A DNA stretch of 63,950 nt, filler included, from Octopus bimaculoides (Eukaryota): assembly GCF_001194135.2 (NCBI RefSeq). It is 6 parts of 4 records of this genome, joined end to end, with 100 filler letters (N's around TTAATTAATTAA, not from the genome) between each part and the next. Parts side by side here need not be neighbours in the genome. Positions count along the whole stretch, not along the records: positions 1 to 12,724 come from NC_068982.1; positions 12,825 to 33,739 come from NC_068984.1; 4 more parts are not named here. One strand, 5' to 3'. A model generated the notes under the pieces. That model worked only from the letters and a program-made list of their open reading frames with translations. It did not search any database and was not told the DNA's origin. The stretch's first letter is position 1. Each line of letters starts with the position of its first letter. Of the stretch, positions 10,889 through 23,349 are shown one piece after another. The position numbers and the translations under genes are program-made.

Positions 10889-11585
10889 TGTAGTGGCGCG
10901 AAATTATGGCCGCCATTAAGGAAGTACAATCTACGCATGCTCAAGGGACTTGCCTTCCCGGAAGCCCCTCGAGTGTGCATGCGTAGTAAAACCAGTACTT
11001 AAAGCGCTTCGCGCGCTTTTTATAGCGCGATGCTTTCGACATGACCACTATTTGCTCCTTTAGCATGCCTCAACGAAGCTCTTAATATCCAGATGCCGAT
11101 AACAAGCTAACCAGCGGCTGCTAAGCTGAATGACACTTGACTTGTGCCGCTGGAATATTATTTTCCATGTGCATTGTATTACATTGTTGGGTATTTCCAT
11201 TCTCTGTATTAACAGATTGTTTCATTTTCATTGTATATCTACAGCCGCATCATGTTTCAGGCGCCCACTACAATCCTTTCCTTGCTCGTGCTACGTACTC
11301 GGTGGTGGTGGTGGTGGTGGGGGGAGCCATTGTAGTGGCGCGAAATTATGGCCGCCATTAAGGAAGTACAATCTACACATGTGCAAGGGACTTGCCTTCC
11401 CGGAAGCCCCTCGAGTACGCATGCGTAGTAAACCAGTACTTAAAGCGCTTCGCGCGCTTTCCAAGCCTCTTTAGCGCGATGCTTTCGAAGTGATAACTAC
11501 TTGCTCCTTTAGCATGCCTCAACGAAGCTCTTAATATCCAGATGCCGACTGCAAGCCAACCAGCGGCTGCTAAGCTGAATGACAC
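10889..11585 (-). mobile_element. Miniature LTR retrotransposon (TRIM-like): truncated 5' LTR 11331-11585, PBS 11321-11329, PPT 11273-11283, complete 3' LTR 10889-11272
   Basis: Two roughly 250-bp direct repeats, about 90% identical. The full LTR has inverted ends TGTAGTGG...CCACTACA. On the minus strand TGGCTCCCC follows LTR1 and AAGGAAAGGAT precedes LTR2. The internal region is 58 bp. Confidence 0.8.
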
Positions 11586-11999
11586 AAGATTTGTAAAACC
11601 AAGCATCACCAAAATAAAACTTATTTTTATTATGTTGTTAATTGTTCTACTGTTTCTTAATATATATTTTTGTTGAAAGGTGATAGAGAGAGGCTAAAGT
11701 CTCTATTGCTACTATCAACCTTTTACACTGTATTGTTTGTTAACGTTTTCCTATCTAGTTTGGTTTTATGTATCATATTGCAATCGCTCTTTGCTGTTAG
11801 TACGGGTGAGCGTTGTACTTATATGGTCTGTATCACAATTAGTATTCCACATTTTACAACTTTGACGTCTGTAATTAAATTTATACACATCGATTATAAG
11901 TAGCTTGTAAGTGGCTTTAGAGTTCTCTGGTTTGTTATTGATAAGAAGTTTATTTATTTAGAGTTTCGTGGTCGTAAATGCGGGAACGAAATCTGCTTA

Positions 12000-12520
12000 G
12001 TGGGTGCATTCCCAGGTCCAATTTATATATGTACATGAACCAAATCAGATAGATCCAATAATGGAAAAATAATGTTTCAAATCAGTCCAAAAATGTTTTT
12101 ACACTCGTTAGTTTTGGCGATGAAGTTATTCAGGAGAATGTTTTAAGCGTTTCCATTGCCCCACCAATAGGATTGCACTTCCTGTTCCCGAGCCTATAGT
12201 TGTGGTGTATTTTTAGTGTGTATGTTTCAATGAACTTTTTTTCATTTGCTGGATCTGGAAGAAGGAGTTATAATGCCCATATCCTTTGCAATCCCTCGAA
12301 TATTGGTGAGAGTGATGCCATTCGTGTTTCTCTTGAACCTTTGTAAATCAGCATCCGCGGGAAAGATAGAAGTAGGGAGAGAGAATTCCAGAGAGCCTAT
12401 GTTTTGGGAAAGAAGGACTGGGTATAGTGATTAGTGCAGGGCCTCGGGATTAGATATATATATTACGGATAATGAGAGGAGGAGAGGCGAATGGGTTCAG
12501 GTATCCCTGTGTGGATGCGG
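12000..12520 (-). mobile_element. Degraded LINE fragments (WNSLP-like C-terminus and possible APE start)
   Basis: Minus strand LEFSLPTSIFPADADLQRFKR resembles a CR1/Jockey-type C-terminus. TNIRGI...ET resembles an endonuclease N-terminus. Confidence 0.3.
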
Positions 12521-12605
12521 CATGAGCCCAGCCAGCTTCGGAAAGCAGAGACCATTACAGACAGTAGTGGTAGATAAAACACTATGTGCGCGCGTGCGTG
12601 TGTGC

Positions 12606-12673
<68 letters not shown>

Positions 12674-12768
12674 GACAGACAGGAGAGACAGAAAAAGAGA
12701 GTGCTTGCGGGCAGAGGCTAGAGTNNNNNNNNNNNNNNNNNNNNNNNNNNNNNNNNNNNNNNNNNNNN

Positions 12769-12780
12769 TTAATTAATTAA
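12769..12780. other. Assembly spacer TTAATTAATTAA between N runs (also 33784, 46327, 54385, 59785)
   Basis: Identical 12-mer embedded in N runs five times. It has stop codons in all six frames. Confidence 0.85.
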
Positions 12781-12824
12781 NNNNNNNNNNNNNNNNNNNN
12801 NNNNNNNNNNNNNNNNNNNNNNNN

Positions 12825-12882
<58 letters not shown>

Positions 12883-12884
12883 TG

Positions 12885-13320
12885 ATGTATGTGTGTTTGT
12901 TCTCTTCTGTTTTGGATTATTTGAAGTCATCCTGTAAGGAAGGAGCTAGTTTCTGACAGAAATACAAATCTCCATCATTGGAATGTAGATAACAAATCCG
13001 AATTTACATTTTGAACTTGCAAAAAGGCTTGTATATTATTACTGTTCCACTTAGAGATTGTATCTGTAATGTTTGAGTTAACTGGTTGATTTCTTTTTTC
13101 TGGTAACCCTAGCTTTACCAGTTTGTCTCAAAGACATTTACTCCCAAAACCAAGTGCAACAAGTACGTTCGATGTACAGATGTGAATTTATAATTTGGGT
13201 AAAAGCAGCTGTCCATCTTGTGCAGCTGGGTTGTAAAGGCTTAGCATTTGAAGTGCAATGTGACGTAGCGGTCTCGAGTCCATGTCGATGTTATTGTCAT
13301 CTTCAAGTCTTCAGGAAACA
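12885..13320 (-). mobile_element. R4/Dong-clade LINE, third 3' fragment
   Basis: Similar by eye to 1005-1350 and 2030-2400 (TTACTGTTCCACT.AGA..T.TA..TGTAATGT..GAGTTA.CTGGT.GATT). Confidence 0.7.
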
Positions 13321-13339
13321 TTGTCAGTTTTAGCATACC

Positions 13340-14850
13340 GAACATTTCAAATCTAGGTCTTCTTGGTGGTGTGTTACTCCAACATATTTTGGGTTGCTCA
13401 TGGGACAACGTCACCATCATATTATCGGCAAATTAAACACCCGAAAGGGATCAACCATAACCTATGGGATTGCGAGGCGGTGACAGCAGATAAAATCATT
13501 CAAGGAAACCCAGTGAGCCTGAAGCTCGGCACCTCGTGATGAAGATGCATGTCGTCCAAGAGCGTCGCTGAGCTCTGGACAGACGGACCGAATAAACTGT
13601 TCGGAATTTGACTTCTACCAGAACTCCAGATGAAGAAGGACTGGTTCGAGGTGACGAGCAAGGTGATTAGCCCTCACCCAAAAGTGGATTACGAAGAAGT
13701 TTTTTCCGGAAGGGCCTGCCTGAGGCGTTGAACGCTTGCATCGCATCCGACATATATTACTTACTGCGTGACCATCTTGTATTGACCCAGCTCACGTCTT
13801 ACCGGTATCGGGCGCATGTCTTGCACCTCTCTTCCATCTTCTGTGGAAATGGACCCGTTGTTCTAGTCAGACACTCCATTTGCCGCCAGCATCCGTTGAA
13901 TGGAGAACAACGCATACTGTGGTCAGTGATACTGTGGAACTCACAGGCGCTGAGACTACGGAATCTCCAAAAACTCTTTGTTTGTGAAGTTAAGTGGTTA
14001 CCATGTGCCTGACGAGATTTTCAACATCTCGTCTCTTGAGCAGTGTTACATATTTTTCGTCTTACAACGACCGAGGCATCTGGAATGTCTTCAAACTTTC
14101 ACAGCCCTCTGCTAGTCGTGCAATGCAGTCGGTGGTTGATCGATGCCTATTTCTGAATGACCATGATCACTGACAAAATCATCTGGCTGGTCTGTTGCGG
14201 AGGACTTTCGAACAGAACCCTTGGATGATTTCCAAAATTACCTGGCGTAAAAGTGCTAACGAGGGATAGGGCATTGCCGATCTGCATAAACTCTACAAAC
14301 GATGAAGTTGTGCCTGACTGAAATGTACACAGAACAAACACTCGTCCGTTGCTGACTTGTGTAGTTATGTCGAACACTGTGTTGTATGTAAGACAGATCG
14401 CCTTCCGTTGATCGAGTAATGGCCAGTTTTTATTCGTCTGTGGCTTTGGTGAAAGTGTTGTGTGGTAGGTGAGATTGAATGGGATGAAGACAGACACTTC
14501 CTCTTTGGCTAAACCCTTATCACCTTTTTATGCTTCAATTGTAAAAGAAGTGCTCTCTCGACCCTCAGTTTTGAAATGTGGATGAGAGTGGCAAATACGA
14601 TCTGGATGGTTGGGCCATCTCTAAGCATTCGCTTGTAGATTGGAGGTAGAAAATAGCGAGGGACCACTTGTGGAGTTTTCACAAGCAGCCTCGGGACCTT
14701 CCCCGCTCCTTTTGAGAAATTATTTCCTGTTTCACATTTTTGTTCCTTTGTTTCTATTAACTTAATATTTACACGCTTTTATGTTACAACACATTGTATT
14801 ATCTCGTATCGTCCCAAAATTTTAGTGAACCCTTATTTGGTTAATAAAGA
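13340..14850 (+). mobile_element. L1-clade (Tx1-like) LINE remnant, post-RT region to 3' UTR
   Basis: Decayed peptides PELQMKKDWFEVTSKV, DDFQNYLA..RALPI..KLYK and F.MWMRVA. Pyrimidine-rich UTR ending in AATAAA near 14843. Confidence 0.6.
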
Positions 14851-15599
14851 AAACATCACCTTAATCCTCAACCTTATAATCATTATCATTATTACTCTAC
14901 ATGTACAGTAATTTAGTGTCTTGCTAGGATATAATTTCAGGTTAGTGCAAAAAGTTTCTAAGGGTAGAAATTCCATTATTGTTATATATTAATGCAAAAA
15001 ATACTTCTTTAAGTTTATTTTTACGAAATTTATTTTTCCAAAACATTCTTCTGAAGTATCATATCGTATAGCTCTATGCAATTCGTTATATGAGCGAACT
15101 ATGGGCTATATGTAAAAAAAAAAAAGGAAATTAATTTCACAAAAAAATAACTTAATACGAAAATATTTTCTTTTAAAAGATGTTTACTTGCAACACATAT
15201 ATATAGCAACACAGTTTATCTAAAATAGTGACGGCGATAATAGTAAGTTTAACACATTTGGTCTGTTTCTGTCAGTCAGTACTGGAAATACATTCAATTG
15301 GTGACTTCATGAAATAGACATAAAAGTTATAAGTATAAAATACATTCAACATTTTTACTAGTTTCGTCTGTCGAAGAGACCTTAGCCTTAAACTTTCACT
15401 AGCGTTATGATGTTAAAATCGACGCTGTTAACTTCCATTCGCAAAAGTTGAAAATCGACAGTTGAAGTAATTACCTTGTCGAAAGAACATTCCACGGGGC
15501 CAATTTTCTGTGAATGAAGGCCTGGGTTAGTGGCTACTGCAGAGAAATGTTGTTCACAATATGGGTAACAAGAGGAGAATAGATTACTAAGACTTGATT

Positions 15600-16130
15600 G
15601 CGTGAGTGAAGGTCACATGGCACCAACAGGATCCACTGTAGGGAAGAAGTTAGTGATAGATGTATGCCAGGGGTGTGAGTGCGCTGATTTGCGCTTTTAT
15701 GCTGATCAATTTAGTGGCTTTTTTGCAACCAGTCTAGGGCGTGGTNNNNNNNNNNNNNNNNNNNNNNNNGGGGGGGGGGGGGGTAGAAGTAGCACCATCA
15801 CAGATGGGAATACTATACAGTTGTGGTTTCACACGAGCTTTGTAGATGGTTAGTTGTTGTGGTTGTTGAAATGTTTCCGGGCTCTAAAAAGGTGAGGCAG
15901 TTTTTTTCTTCGTGAGGTCTTTTTGTCTATGAGAATTGATGATATCCGTTCGCCAAGAGATATCCTGTATCATGGTGAGATCTATTCACTGCAAACAGTT
16001 TGGAGGTTGTCGTCATGTTTGGTGTTGGATTTTACGTTCTTTATAATGTTACTACATTAGATAGCAATTTCCTGAGCACTGCCTCGAGAAAGGCCACATT
16101 TAAAGAATCGCCACTGGATGGCACATTGTC
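15600..16130 (-). mobile_element. Possible degraded LINE endonuclease fragment
   Basis: Higher-GC block with an IDLTMIQD (I.QET-like) segment on the minus strand. Family uncertain. Confidence 0.25.
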
Positions 16131-16329
16131 AAAATTAATAATAAAATATTTTTTATGAACTGCTTCTAAAATTGCTACAGATTTTCAGTCACAAATTACA
16201 GTAAATATCCCAAAACTAATTCACTGTGGTTTGTTTTGACTTTCCTCGATTTTGGATATTTTGTGTAATGACAGCGGTTTTTCGTATCGACTTTAACATA
16301 AGGGCGTCATATTGATATAAAATTATTTC

Positions 16330-16525
16330 AAAATACATTGAAGTAACGACCATATATGTAGATGAACAATCAGTAGCATAAAATACATTCAAATAGTGAC
16401 CTCATGTATTGTTATAATAGCTAAGGGTTCAATTAGTGGTTCAAAATACATTCAAGTACTGACCTTATATATAGATATAATATTTAGCAGTGCAAAATAC
16501 TTTCAAATATTGGCCTCATATGCGC
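16330..16525 (+). repeat. Degenerate ~51-bp minisatellite (core AAATACATTCAA.TA.TGACC)
   Basis: Cores at 16331, 16381, 16444 and 16495, with two more at about 15286 and 15338. Confidence 0.6.
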
Positions 16526-17451
16526 AGAATATTTTCTTCTTTTGTTCTCAGTTGATAACATTTTGCTTAATGTTTGGATGAAATATGTCTGCCGATTATG
16601 TTAACAGAATGAGAGATGGGATGTATGAACATCCAACTTATCTTACTTAGTTTCTTTGCTTTGTTTCTTTTATAGTAGTTTGTTTTATTTTATTTTCAGT
16701 CGTACTGTTTTTAATCGATCGAAAGCCAGAATGCTATTCGGTCGATACTATTGCAACATAACTAGATAACTCTTTCTCAACTGTTATTATTTTTGAATAG
16801 CATATAGAGACCTAGAATTATCCTGTTATGGAATCTAAGTTTTCTGTCCATCCTCACTTAAATAATAATATATATTGATCAAAGAGCCATTACAAATTTC
16901 GTAAACGAGTGTATACATTCGATAGAACTCACCCAAGTAAATTAATGGTACTTATCCGAATCAGCTAAAGAGAATCGACTCAGTCACTCAACATGTTTGA
17001 AAGTTTGAAATAGCAACCAGATTTCTACCAAAACATACTCTACCGTCACAAAAACAGGGTTGAAAGAAACATTACCTAATTTAGTTCTAGATATACTATA
17101 TCACGAAACAATGGAATGAGTCCGACTGGAATGACTTGATCACCGTAAATCTGCCCGTTCTAGCAGGCCCTGAACTAAACAACAATAACCTGTGCTTTTA
17201 TTATCCATTGAAGATAAAAAGTAAGGTTGAGTCTAATGAAATTTGAACTCAGATACGTATAGATTTCTCTTCAAAATGCACAATAATTATTCTTTTGTTT
17301 TTCTCCAACTGAGAGTGGAAGTAATCAACTGAAGGCTTACAACTTGTTTATATGTTTATCGTGCCTCGGCGGGGTGAAAAGTACAGATCCTATCACATGA
17401 ATTTGAAGTTATAATATATAGTAGTAGGGAAAAATACTGCAAGGTTTTTAA

Positions 17452-18238
17452 CACTAGGACCGAGTGCATCAATTGACGCATTTTGAAATATTAATTGCAC
17501 ACAATTCAAAATCTATTGTAGATTTTGACATCATGGTGCTTGACGTTTCATAGATTTATGATATCTATATATATACTATGAATTGTAGGTTGTTTGCACC
17601 AACTGTAAAAAAAAACACATACTACCTATAAGGACCATACACATCAGTTGATTCATTGGTAACTTCTGAAACTTGCACCTGCTTATGTTTATAAATGCAT
17701 GAGACAACGTTTTAGATTCAGTAATTGCATAGCCTTTACAGCTCGTAAAACAAAACTGCAGTTTAGTCGGAACAATTCCTCAGAACAGAAGGGAATTAGC
17801 AGAAGCAGTAAAACAGGTGAAACCAGTCTATGAAACTGATTTTGAAATCCACAGAGAAGCCAACTGTCACTCATCGCATCAGTGCAAAAAATCAAAGTCT
17901 GTTGTTGTTTTGTGTACCTTACATGTAGAAGTTCCTTCTGAAAATAAGAAATGTATGAAGTCCGTAATAAACCTGTGTGGAAAATGTGCTCTAAAAAATT
18001 GCAATGAATGTTTAGAATTTCAATAAATTTCTTTTTATTTTGTAAATGTTGCGACTAATATCATCGCGAAGCCATAAAATTCATTAGATTTATACATTTG
18101 ATAATGATTTTATACTTCTTTTCTTTTCTTTTTCCTTTCCTTTTCTTTTCTTTTTTCCTTTCAAATTGAAAAGCACCTTTGCGTCAATTGACGCATGCTG
18201 GTCCTTAAATGTAGGTGAAAAATGCGGTCCTTCTAGTT
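17452..18238 (+). mobile_element. Internally deleted piggyBac transposon
   Basis: TTAA at 17448-17451 and 18239-18242. Ends are CACTAG.GGACCG / CGGTCC.TCTAGTT. Transposase remnant SLVGTIPQNRRE...QCKKSKSVVVLCTLH is fused to a Cys-rich tail CMKSVINLCGKCALKNCNEC. Confidence 0.8.
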
Positions 18239-19438
18239 TTAATATGGTATTTTGTTTCCCAAATACGAACACATTCTTGTCATCTATATTAATGATTTGT
18301 TTTTGCATAAAGGAAATAACAAAGAGTGGTCTCCACTATATTACCAGCTATTAGCATTTTCACTCTGAAAGATTGAAATCAACGAGATTTGAAATCAGAA
18401 CATACAAGTACATAACTGAATGTCTTTGAGTATCTGATTCGGTGCTCAACAGATTCTACCATTTATTATTCAACCTTATTACTAGTAGCAAAAATGAAAA
18501 TATAGTCAAAATATGACACATTGTCATACATGAAGGCGACAGTATAAGTCTACAGCTACTCAATAATGATGATAAATTCACTATTTAATAAACTCTTTAT
18601 ATTTTAAGAGAATGGAAATTTGAAGTTTTAGCAGACTCGAGATTATAAACTTTGTAAATTATATGAAATGGCATAAAATGAATATTGAAACTGTATCATC
18701 GTCTCAGATACTTCATAACTGACTTCATGCGTGGCCTGCTACTTCGCTACCGACGAGAGACTAAAAATTGTAGAGCATTTACTCCAGCGCTCTACAGTTA
18801 CTATAGATATATTTATATATTTTGTTGTCTTCCAGGCTTCGAAAATAATTTATTGATCCGTGCTAAATGCCCTAGCGTACAGATACAAAACTAATTCTTG
18901 TTATATTTCCAGTTCATCAGACGTTATAGAGAGTCAGAGCTAGAAAAAGAGAAAGTAACATGGTGAGAGAGAAAGAAAGTTATCGAGAAAGATACAAAGA
19001 AAGACAAAAATACGTTGCAAGAGACATAAAGATAGTGGGAGAGGCACAGACATATAGTGAGAGTGAGAGTGATAAAAGTAAGAGAAAAAATCTGTAAGGG
19101 ATAAAATGATTCTGATATTGTAGAAAATTTATTCTCTCAGCACAAAGGAAATGAAAGTTTGAGTAAGAAGAATAGGAAAGAAAGAAAGAAAGAAAGAAAG
19201 AGAATAATGAAAAGAAGCATTATTCAGAGAAGAAATAAAATAACAGCAACAAAAGCAAAGGGGAGAAAACGAAAAAAAAAACAAAAAAAAACAAACGAAC
19301 AAAATGCGAGCAAAAAGAAAAAGGAAGGAATTTTATGAGTCTGAAGAATCTATTTTGCTTCGAAAATTCCCTCGAGGTGGAAATAATTGACAAAAGTGAA
19401 AACTGATAAAACAGCATGTAATTATTATGAAGAGAATG

Positions 19439-19546
<108 letters not shown>

Positions 19547-20404
19547 GTACCAACAACAACAACAATAAGAATAAACATTGAGAAATAAAATTCCCTTCTC
19601 CAAAATCTGTTTTTTTTTTTTTCTTTTTTTCACGGAATCTTCCACTTTGATTCTTTAGCCATTCTTTTCATTTTGCTTCGGAGTTTTGCTTTTTCTCGTC
19701 CTTATTTAAATTAATCGTTTTCTTTTTTTTTCTTTTTTTTTTTTAATTATTTAAGTCGTTTATTCATTTCAGTCATTGGACTGCGGCCGTGCAGGGACAT
19801 AGCTTTCAAGAATATATTCCATTGATTATATTGGCTTGCAGCATTTGTTCTGTGATTGGTAATAATATTTTTTATCGATTTCCGAATGATGGAAAGCGAA
19901 GTAGGCCTGAATAGCATTTGAACTCTAAACGTATGTGAACGTAACGACCAGAAAATATTTTGCTTGACGCTCTACCGACTTTGCTGTCTACTGCTCTCAT
20001 ATTATATTTTTAATATCATCGTATTTTTTTATTATCTAGTTTTAGGTCCGCCCGATTGGTTAGCCTTATGACCAAAAGAATTCTAACAATAATATTTAAA
20101 CTCATCACAGGTTTATAGAAGTTTGGATATTACTGTTAGAATTCTCACGAACTAATTGTATAAATTCCTGCATTACAAACATAACTGATACGTACGTGCC
20201 CCATAGGTTTCTGATGTAAAAAGAATATATATATATATATATATATAGGTTTGGACTTTTTGTTGGAAATATAACGATACGAACCAATGCACCAGTCCTC
20301 CATTCCAAACGCAACTAATACGTATGTACCAATGAACATGTCTGTACGGAAATGCTTATGTATAGACATTTGTGTATGTGCATTTAAATATACATGTATG
20401 TACA

Positions 20405-21430
20405 TTTAGAAGAGCAGTGTTTTGCCAGCGTGCCTTCATGTTTGCACGAAGTTGGTCCCGATGTTGGAGTCGATCTTGCACACATCTTTGAACTGAGGAG
20501 AAGTAGGACTGGTGCCAGGTCCTGCGTTCTGATGCTGTGGCATCGTTTCAAATTGTCTTTAGTTTGTTTTTGAAGCGCAATAGTGGCCTTCTAACAGAGA
20601 ATTGGCCAAAGAGAAGTTGCTTCGGAATTCTGTTATCACTCGTACGTGAGATATGACCTGATCATCTAAGCTGTATTTTGATGAGATGGCTTCAATAGCT
20701 GATATGTTGCATTTTGTAAGTACCTCACTGTTATGATTATGGTCGCTCAGTTTTTTTTATGTTAAAGACAGTACGCAAGCATCGTACATGAAAGGCATCA
20801 AGCTGATTGATGTGCTTTCGGCACAAAGTCCAAGATTCAGCACCATAAAGCAATGTTGTCAAGAGCACCGACTTATGTACATTAACTTTCACTTGCAACG
20901 ATACTTCGTGGCTGTTCCATAGTCTGTGTTAAAGTTAACCGAAAACGGAGTTAGCCTTCCTGATTCTAGACTCTGTTTCTTTATCCATCTTCGCATCATT
21001 GGACACAATGGAAGTAAGATAAGTGAAGGGGGAAACAGTTTTTAATTCTTTTCTATCGACAGATACAGTAGGGGCAACAGCGGAATGATGGTCGCGAATG
21101 GGCTAATAGACAAGCTCAGTTTTCTTGATGCTGATGGTCAGACCAAAGGCTTTCGATACACGCGAGTTGTTTAGAATCTGTTGCATGTCCTCAAGAGTGT
21201 GTGCTACAAGTACACAATCGTCTGCGAAGACCAGATCTCGAACTGTTTGCACCAAAGTCTTAGTTTTTGCTTTGAAGTGCTGTTGGTTGACGAAGCCACC
21301 ACAAGAACTGTACTCCAAATTTACTCGTTCTTTAACACTTTCGAACGATGTTTCCAACATGACGGAGAAATACAAAGCAAGAACACAGCCTTCCAAGGAT
21401 TTCCCAGCAACAGACAAAAGGGAGATACGG
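20405..21430 (-). mobile_element. RTE-BovB LINE remnant (RT to C-terminus)
   Basis: LVFADDCVLVAH, FGLTISIKKTE, LTTLLYGAESWTLCRKH, LDAFHVRCLR and RIPKQLLFG motifs. Confidence 0.9.
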
Positions 21431-21560
21431 CTATGGTTGTTACATTCACATTTGTTACTTGTGTGCTTATAAAGCTGGACATTAGAAGCGTCTTTGAACT
21501 CCTGTGGGACTGATGCTGATTCCCAGATTAAGGAGAATATTCACGTTACTTGTTCAGCAG

Positions 21561-21801
<241 letters not shown>

Positions 21802-22040
21802 AACTTACTTGGAAAAAAATGCGCGGCGTTCATATAATAATATAAATAATATATAAATATATGCATATATCGATAGATATATGTACATACTTACATCTAT
21901 ATGTATACATACATGCATATATGGGTACAGGATATCAATGACACGTTAAACACAATAAGAAACGAAAACATAAAAACGAAAACATAGAAAACGAACTTTT
22001 TTCGTTGTTCATATATGTATGTATGTATGTATGTATGTAT

Positions 22041-22158
22041 ACCACAAGGCTTTGGTCGGCCTGAAGCTATAATAGAAAACACTTGCCCAATGGTGCCCAG
22101 CAGTGAGACTGAACCATGTAGTTGAGAATTAACCTTCTTACCACACTGCCACGCCACT
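22041..22158 (-). mobile_element. tRNA-derived SINE, family A
   Basis: Reverse complement of the family A head and body. Confidence 0.7.
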
Positions 22159-22317
22159 TCTATCATTGACCTTTTCGTCTTTTTCTTTTTTGGCTTTTAG
22201 TTTTTACCACTTTTGTTTATTGGCATAACACATTTTGGCTTGCACTATTTGCAGTAAGACTTTTTGTTTAGTACTTTTCCTAGTATATATAAATTTGTTC
22301 GCCTTTTGTGTGTGTGC

Positions 22318-22355
<38 letters not shown>

Positions 22356-23202
22356 NNNNNNNNNNNNNNNNNNNNNNNNNNNNNNNNNNNNNNNNNNNNN
22401 NNNNNNNNNNNNNNNNNNNNNNNNNNNNNNNNNNNNNNNNNNNNNNNNNNNNNNNNNNNNNNNNNNNNNNNNNNNNNNNNNNNNNNNNNNNNNNNNNNNN
22501 NNNNNNNNNNNNNNNNNNNNNNNNNNNNNNNNNNNNNNNNNNNNNNNNNNNNNNNNNNNNNNNNNNNNNNNNNNNNNNNNNNNNNNNNNNNNNNNNNNNN
22601 NNNNNNNNNNNNNNNNNNNNNNNNNNNNNNNNNNNNNNNNNNNNNNNNNNNNNNNNNNNNNNNNNNNNNNNNNNNNNNNNNNNNNNNNNNNNNNNNNNNN
22701 NNNNNNNNNNNNNNNNNNNNNNNNNNNNNNNNNNNNNNNNNNNNNNNNNNNNNNNNNNNNNNNNNNNNNNNNNNNNNNNNNNNNNNNNNNNNNNNNNNNN
22801 NNNNNNNNNNNNNNNNNNNNNNNNNNNNNNNNNNNNNNNNNNNNNNNNNNNNNNNNNNNNNNNNNNNNNNNNNNNNNNNNNNNNNNNNNNNNNNNNNNNN
22901 NNNNNNNNNNNNNNNNNNNNNNNNNNNNNNNNNNNNNNNNNNNNNNNNNNNNNNNNNNNNNNNNNNNNNNNNNNNNNNNNNNNNNNNNNNNNNNNNNNNN
23001 NNNNNNNNNNNNNNNNNNNNNNNNNNNNNNNNNNNNNNNNNNNNNNNNNNNNNNNNNNNNNNNNNNNNNNNNNNNNNNNNNNNNNNNNNNNNNNNNNNNN
23101 NNNNNNNNNNNNNNNNNNNNNNNNNNNNNNNNNNNNNNNNNNNNNNNNNNNNNNNNNNNNNNNNNNNNNNNNNNNNNNNNNNNNNNNNNNNNNNNNNNNN
23201 NN

Positions 23203-23283
<81 letters not shown>

Positions 23284-23349
23284 CTTTACTCTCTATTTAA
23301 TTCTTATAGTGGTTTTAGTCGTAGAACTGCAGTTATGCTGGAGCATCAC

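Noticed and set aside
16330-16525. Repeat-spacer pattern as a CRISPR array
   Set aside because: Eukaryotic context, cores are only ~20 bp and degenerate, and the spacers are related to each other. It is a minisatellite.
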